Below, one piece after another: positions 60,344-64,000 of a stretch of DNA of 64,000 nucleotides. The stretch is from a virus. Taxonomy: Duplodnaviria; Caudoviricetes. The stretch is from the IMG/VR virus record IMGVR_UViG_2831987924_000001; one strand, given 5' to 3'. Position 1 is the first letter of the stretch. Each line of letters starts with the position of its first letter. Below the pieces are notes generated by a model, which saw nothing but the letters and a program-made list of their open reading frames with translations, was not told where the DNA came from and searched no databases. The translations under genes were made by a program, and so were the position numbers.

Positions 60344-60945
60344 TTTGTTTGGTGTCGTTTATCTCTAAAGAAAACTGGTTAAATATTTATAGAGGACATG
60401 AATATGAAGCTGCCCTACCCTATCCATCTGATACAAAAAGACCTCTTTCGTTTTTTATTCCAGATGATAATGATCCAGAAAGAGGTCGAATCGTAGAATC
60501 CAATGGGAATTTTAAACCGATTTATATTAATGGTAAACCAATAGCTAAAGAACAGAAAATTATTATGACAGTTAAACCAAGAAAAGTTGTTGTATTAACT
60601 AATGATGAAATTAATCAAAATGAATATTTTGAATATATTTTAGTCGCCCCTATTAATACAATTAAACCAAATGAAAAACATAAAGAATGGTATCATAAAT
60701 TAATAAATGATGAACATCCGATTTTTACATATATACCCAAAGGTAAATTAGAAAGATATGTAGATTTAAGTCAGACAATGAGTATACACAAAAGTTTACT
60801 TTTACGTAAGAGTGACCATATCCCTGAAGATCGCATGAAAGTAATTGATGATAACTTAGTACAATGTTTAGCACTAGGGATAATAAATGATGATGACATT
60901 GAAGAAACTATATATTTGGAAAATATAGAAAAACAAAATAAATAA
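60331..60945 (+). CDS. PemK/MazF-like toxin
   Basis: KPRKVVVLTN...N...ILVAPI...DLSQTMSIHKSLL. Confidence 0.75.
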   Translation: MSGVICLVSFISKENWLNIYRGHEYEAALPYPSDTKRPLSFFIPDDNDPERGRIVESNGNFKPIYINGKPIAKEQKIIMTVKPRKVVVLTNDEINQNEYFEYILVAPINTIKPNEKHKEWYHKLINDEHPIFTYIPKGKLERYVDLSQTMSIHKSLLLRKSDHIPEDRMKVIDDNLVQCLALGIINDDDIEETIYLENIEKQNK

Positions 60946-61047
60946 TTTTGTATCCAGTCGTCACAAAGACGGCTTTTATTTTTGTCATCCCTCCCCTACC
61001 CTTCTTTTGATGAATATGTTATAATAATGTAAATATTACCAAAAGAG

Positions 61048-61281
61048 GTGAAGGGTGTGAATAAGAAAGAACAAATTAAACTTCAAATAAAAGCCTATTT
61101 GTTTTTTATCGTTGTGGGATTACTTATATTTTTCATATTTATTAAACCGATTATTGGTGGTTTGGTAAATGATTATAAACATGATCGAGAAATAATTACG
61201 AATCGTGAATGGAAAGAGTTTCAAGAGTGGGAACAAAAACAGGAACAAAAAGAATGGGAAAATCAAGAAGTTAATCATTAA
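61048..61281 (+). CDS. small single-pass membrane protein (moron-like)
   Basis: one TM segment; flanked by terminator hairpins with its own TATAAT. Confidence 0.65.
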   Translation: MKGVNKKEQIKLQIKAYLFFIVVGLLIFFIFIKPIIGGLVNDYKHDREIITNREWKEFQEWEQKQEQKEWENQEVNH

Positions 61282-61338
61282 TTAACCACTAACAAATGTC
61301 GTTAGTGGTTTTATTTTTTTGTAAAGGATGGTGGTGAT

Positions 61339-64000
61339 ATGCCTAATAATGATTCTCTAAAAATACTGATAACCGCACAATTAGATGAAAATGCTTCTAA
61401 AGATACTATTCAAAAACAACTTAATACAATTCAAAGTAAATTAAATCTAACAATAGGAATAGATGCTCAACAAATTAGCCAAATTGCTAATCAAGTTAAA
61501 CAGTTACAAGCACAATTTGAAAGACAATCAAAAGGAATAAAAATTATTGATGATGAGAATGTAATATCAAGTATAAATCAAATTAAAAAAGGAATGCCTG
61601 AAATATATACTTCTATAGATAAAGCACTTGAAAAATATAAACAGTTTGGTCAAGTTAAAATTGAAAAATCATTTGATCCTGTAACAAGAGAATTAAATGG
61701 CTTTACATTGCAATTGCAAAAGGCTCAAGGACTTATTGAACGCATTAAATTTGATTTAGTGCAATTAAAAATGCCAGATGGTACTCAAAATGTATTCCAA
61801 GTTACAAATAGAAAGATTACTGATGATACAGAAAAAATTAGAGAAAAGCAATTACAACTAGAACAAAAAGTTGATACTCAAATACAAAAACAAAATGAAA
61901 AATTACAACAGCAATTAGAACTTTTTAAACGTCAAGCAGAAATTAATGCAAAAAACCTACAAAGACGATATGGTGATGCAGTCGACACTAATGCATTGAA
62001 TAATTATTTAGCAAGTGTAAGAAGTTTAAGTGCTTCTACTCCAGATGTAAAACGAAAAATGGATGAACTTAATATGACATTCAAAGAGATTTCTGCGAAT
62101 GTCAAATCATCCTCTTCACATGTTTTAGATTTCGGGGAAGCTTTAAAAACAGCAATGGTAAATTTTGCCGTCTAGTATAGAAATATACTAGATTATTATC
62201 GCGGTATCAAGCGGGGAGGCTGAGATGCTAACCCGAACCGAAGGCTAGGTTTAAAAGCCTAGTCAGGGGCAGAGCATACGGACTGAACCTGCGAAAGCAG
62301 AATATAATGTCCGCACGAGACCGCGACACCCTAACACATTATGGTGAGGGTGAAAATGTATGCCGAGCTTGTGCGAATATGAAGCACAAGAACTATCGGA
62401 TAAAAAGCCGATAGGGTAACATAACTGAAAATTCCCCGTCTGGCTAATTAGTGGTACGGCGATTGTGCAATCAATTAATTTCTTTCAAAAAGGTATTGAG
62501 TATGTGAATGAATTGAACAAGGCTCTCACAGAAATAGCAATTGTTACGGGACAAACACAACAAGAAGTTGCAAAATTGGGTGAAGAATATAATAAACTTG
62601 CTTATCAAATGGGAGTCACTACTAACGAAGTAGCTCGTGCAAGTGTCGAATTCTTGCGTCAAGGTCTATCTCAAGAAGAAACAATGAAACGTGTTCAAGT
62701 TGCTACAGAATATGCAAAAATTTCATCATTAGATTTTAATAAAGCAGCAGAAATTTTAACAGCTACAACAAATTCAATGAATGTAGATATTGAACGTGCA
62801 GCAGACGTGTTTTCAGCATTGGGAGATGCGACAGCAACTGGTGCAGATGAGATTGGGATAGCTTTTCAGCGCGTTGGCGGATCGGCATCAGCTCTGAATT
62901 TGGAATTCGAAAAGGTGGCTAGCTGGATTGCAGTACTATCGTCAAGAACTCGTGAGGGTGCTGCTACTGTCGGTAAATGAGTTGCCGCCTAGCATAGTAA
63001 TATGCTAGTGAAAATCTCCTCTAATTGACTTGGAAGCCCTAACAGATAATGCTGAGGGTGACAAGGCGCAAGCAGGCTGTGTGCCGTGCAGCGTGAACGA
63101 CTGAACGAGGAGACTACCCTTTTGGGTAGAAGCGACAGTCTGAACTCTATGGAAACATAGAGAGTAAGGTTGAAGTGCCTTACCGCCATGTTAATACATG
63201 GTCAGTAGCCCTTTATTCGGGTGAAAGTAACAGAATGAACAGTATCAAAAGCATTCTTGCGAGAATCCAAAACCTAAAAGAAACAGGTTTTGATGAGACA
63301 GATGGTACACAGATAAACGAGGTTGCAAAAGCATTAGCTACAGTTGGCATACAATTAGTAGATGCAAATGGTCAATTTAGAAATTTTGGTCAAGTAATGG
63401 ATGAGATTGGAAATAAATGGAAGAACCTAGATAGCAGGACTAAGGCTTATCTCGCAACTACCATCGCCGGGACGTATCAGCAATCTCGATAAATAGATGT
63501 CGAGACTAAATCCCTTCTGATTAATTGGGGAAGTCCTAACGTAAAGCCGAGGATCACCCACAACAAGCAAGGTCTAATGACCTGTGCAGTTGCAACGACT
63601 GAGCGAAGGGACATCCTTATACAGAGGATGAAGCGACAGTCTGAACTCTACAGAAATGTAGAGAGAGAAGGTCGAGTGTAAAGACACTCTTGGAAGTACC
63701 TTCTCCGCCATACCTATTATCAATAGGTATGGTCAGTAGCCATTGACTGTTTTTCAATGGTGAAAGTAACAGTATGTTCTAAACCTTATGGAAGGTTATG
63801 CTGATACGATTCCACTATACGAACAAGCTTTACAATCGGCTGGCACAACACAACAAAAATTTAATACATATTTAGAATCAAATGAAGCAGCGTTAAATAG
63901 ACTTAAAGCTTCGTGGGAAGGTTTATGGCAATCAAGTTTTGATTCTGAAGCAATTAGAGCAGGAATTAATATTTTAGATGGATTTGTAAAAGTTTTAAAA
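61339..64000 (+). CDS. tape measure protein (partial), join(61339..62159,62428..62974,63238..63490,63777..>64000)
   Basis: spliced frame reads AMV|KFPVW...REGAATVG|NSIKSILAR...AGTYQQSR|FLNLMEGY..., open to the window end; TP901-type TMP motifs. Confidence 0.9.
62160..62427 (+). ncRNA. group I intron 1 in the tape measure gene (268 nt, ORF-less)
   Basis: P1 GGTAA/TTGCC with U.G; P3 TCGCGGT/ACCGCGA; P7 GCATA/TATGC; terminal G; homologous to the terL intron. Confidence 0.9.
62975..63237 (+). ncRNA. group I intron 2 in the tape measure gene (263 nt, ORF-less)
   Basis: P1 CGGTAA/TTGCCG; P3 TCTCCTC/GAGGAGA; P7 GACTG/CAGTC; terminal G. Confidence 0.92.
63491..63776 (+). ncRNA. group I intron 3 in the tape measure gene (286 nt, ORF-less)
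   Basis: P1 TCTCGAT/GTCGAGA with U.G; P3 TCCCTTC/GAAGGGA; P7 GACTG/CAGTC; terminal G. Confidence 0.92.

Noticed and set aside
63175-63237. N-terminus MPYRHVNTW... of track ORF 63175..63492
   Set aside because: This is intron 2 sequence; the exon begins at 63238.
1-64000. tRNA or rRNA genes, reverse transcriptase or diversity-generating retroelement, IS transposases
   Set aside because: No recognisable cloverleaf, RT or transposase motifs seen by eye; a tRNAscan or Infernal run would be needed to exclude them fully.

Overview
AT-rich 64-kb segment of a large SPbeta-like siphovirus or prophage of a Bacillaceae host (host and taxonomy inferred from gene content and order). 1-24 kb, minus strand: dense array of small accessory/early genes. 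These include a DNA methyltransferase, a KilAC antirepressor, a Rep-like gene with iterons, an interrupted macrodomain gene and a 1068-aa polyvalent protein. About 12 near-consensus sigma-A promoters and a hammerhead ribozyme lie in this part, and an 18-bp ATAAAA-N6-TTTTAT motif recurs at gene junctions. 23.7-24.45 kb: non-coding, repeat-rich candidate genome end or origin. 24.5-34.5 kb, minus strand: RecD2, then a co-oriented cluster of TubR/TubZ, iterons, M23 peptidase, pilin-like and VirB6-like membrane proteins and an FtsK/SpoIIIE ATPase. 34.7-64 kb, plus strand: sigma-like regulator, HU, PIN-PhoH, phosphoesterase, ClpP, HNH endonuclease, then the head and tail module, a tyrosine recombinase, a toxin-antitoxin/endonuclease island and the start of the tape measure gene. 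Four ORF-less group I introns, one in terL and three in the tape measure gene, were resolved by eye to the nucleotide, and removing them restores the reading frames. All family calls come from motif recognition by eye, with no database searches.
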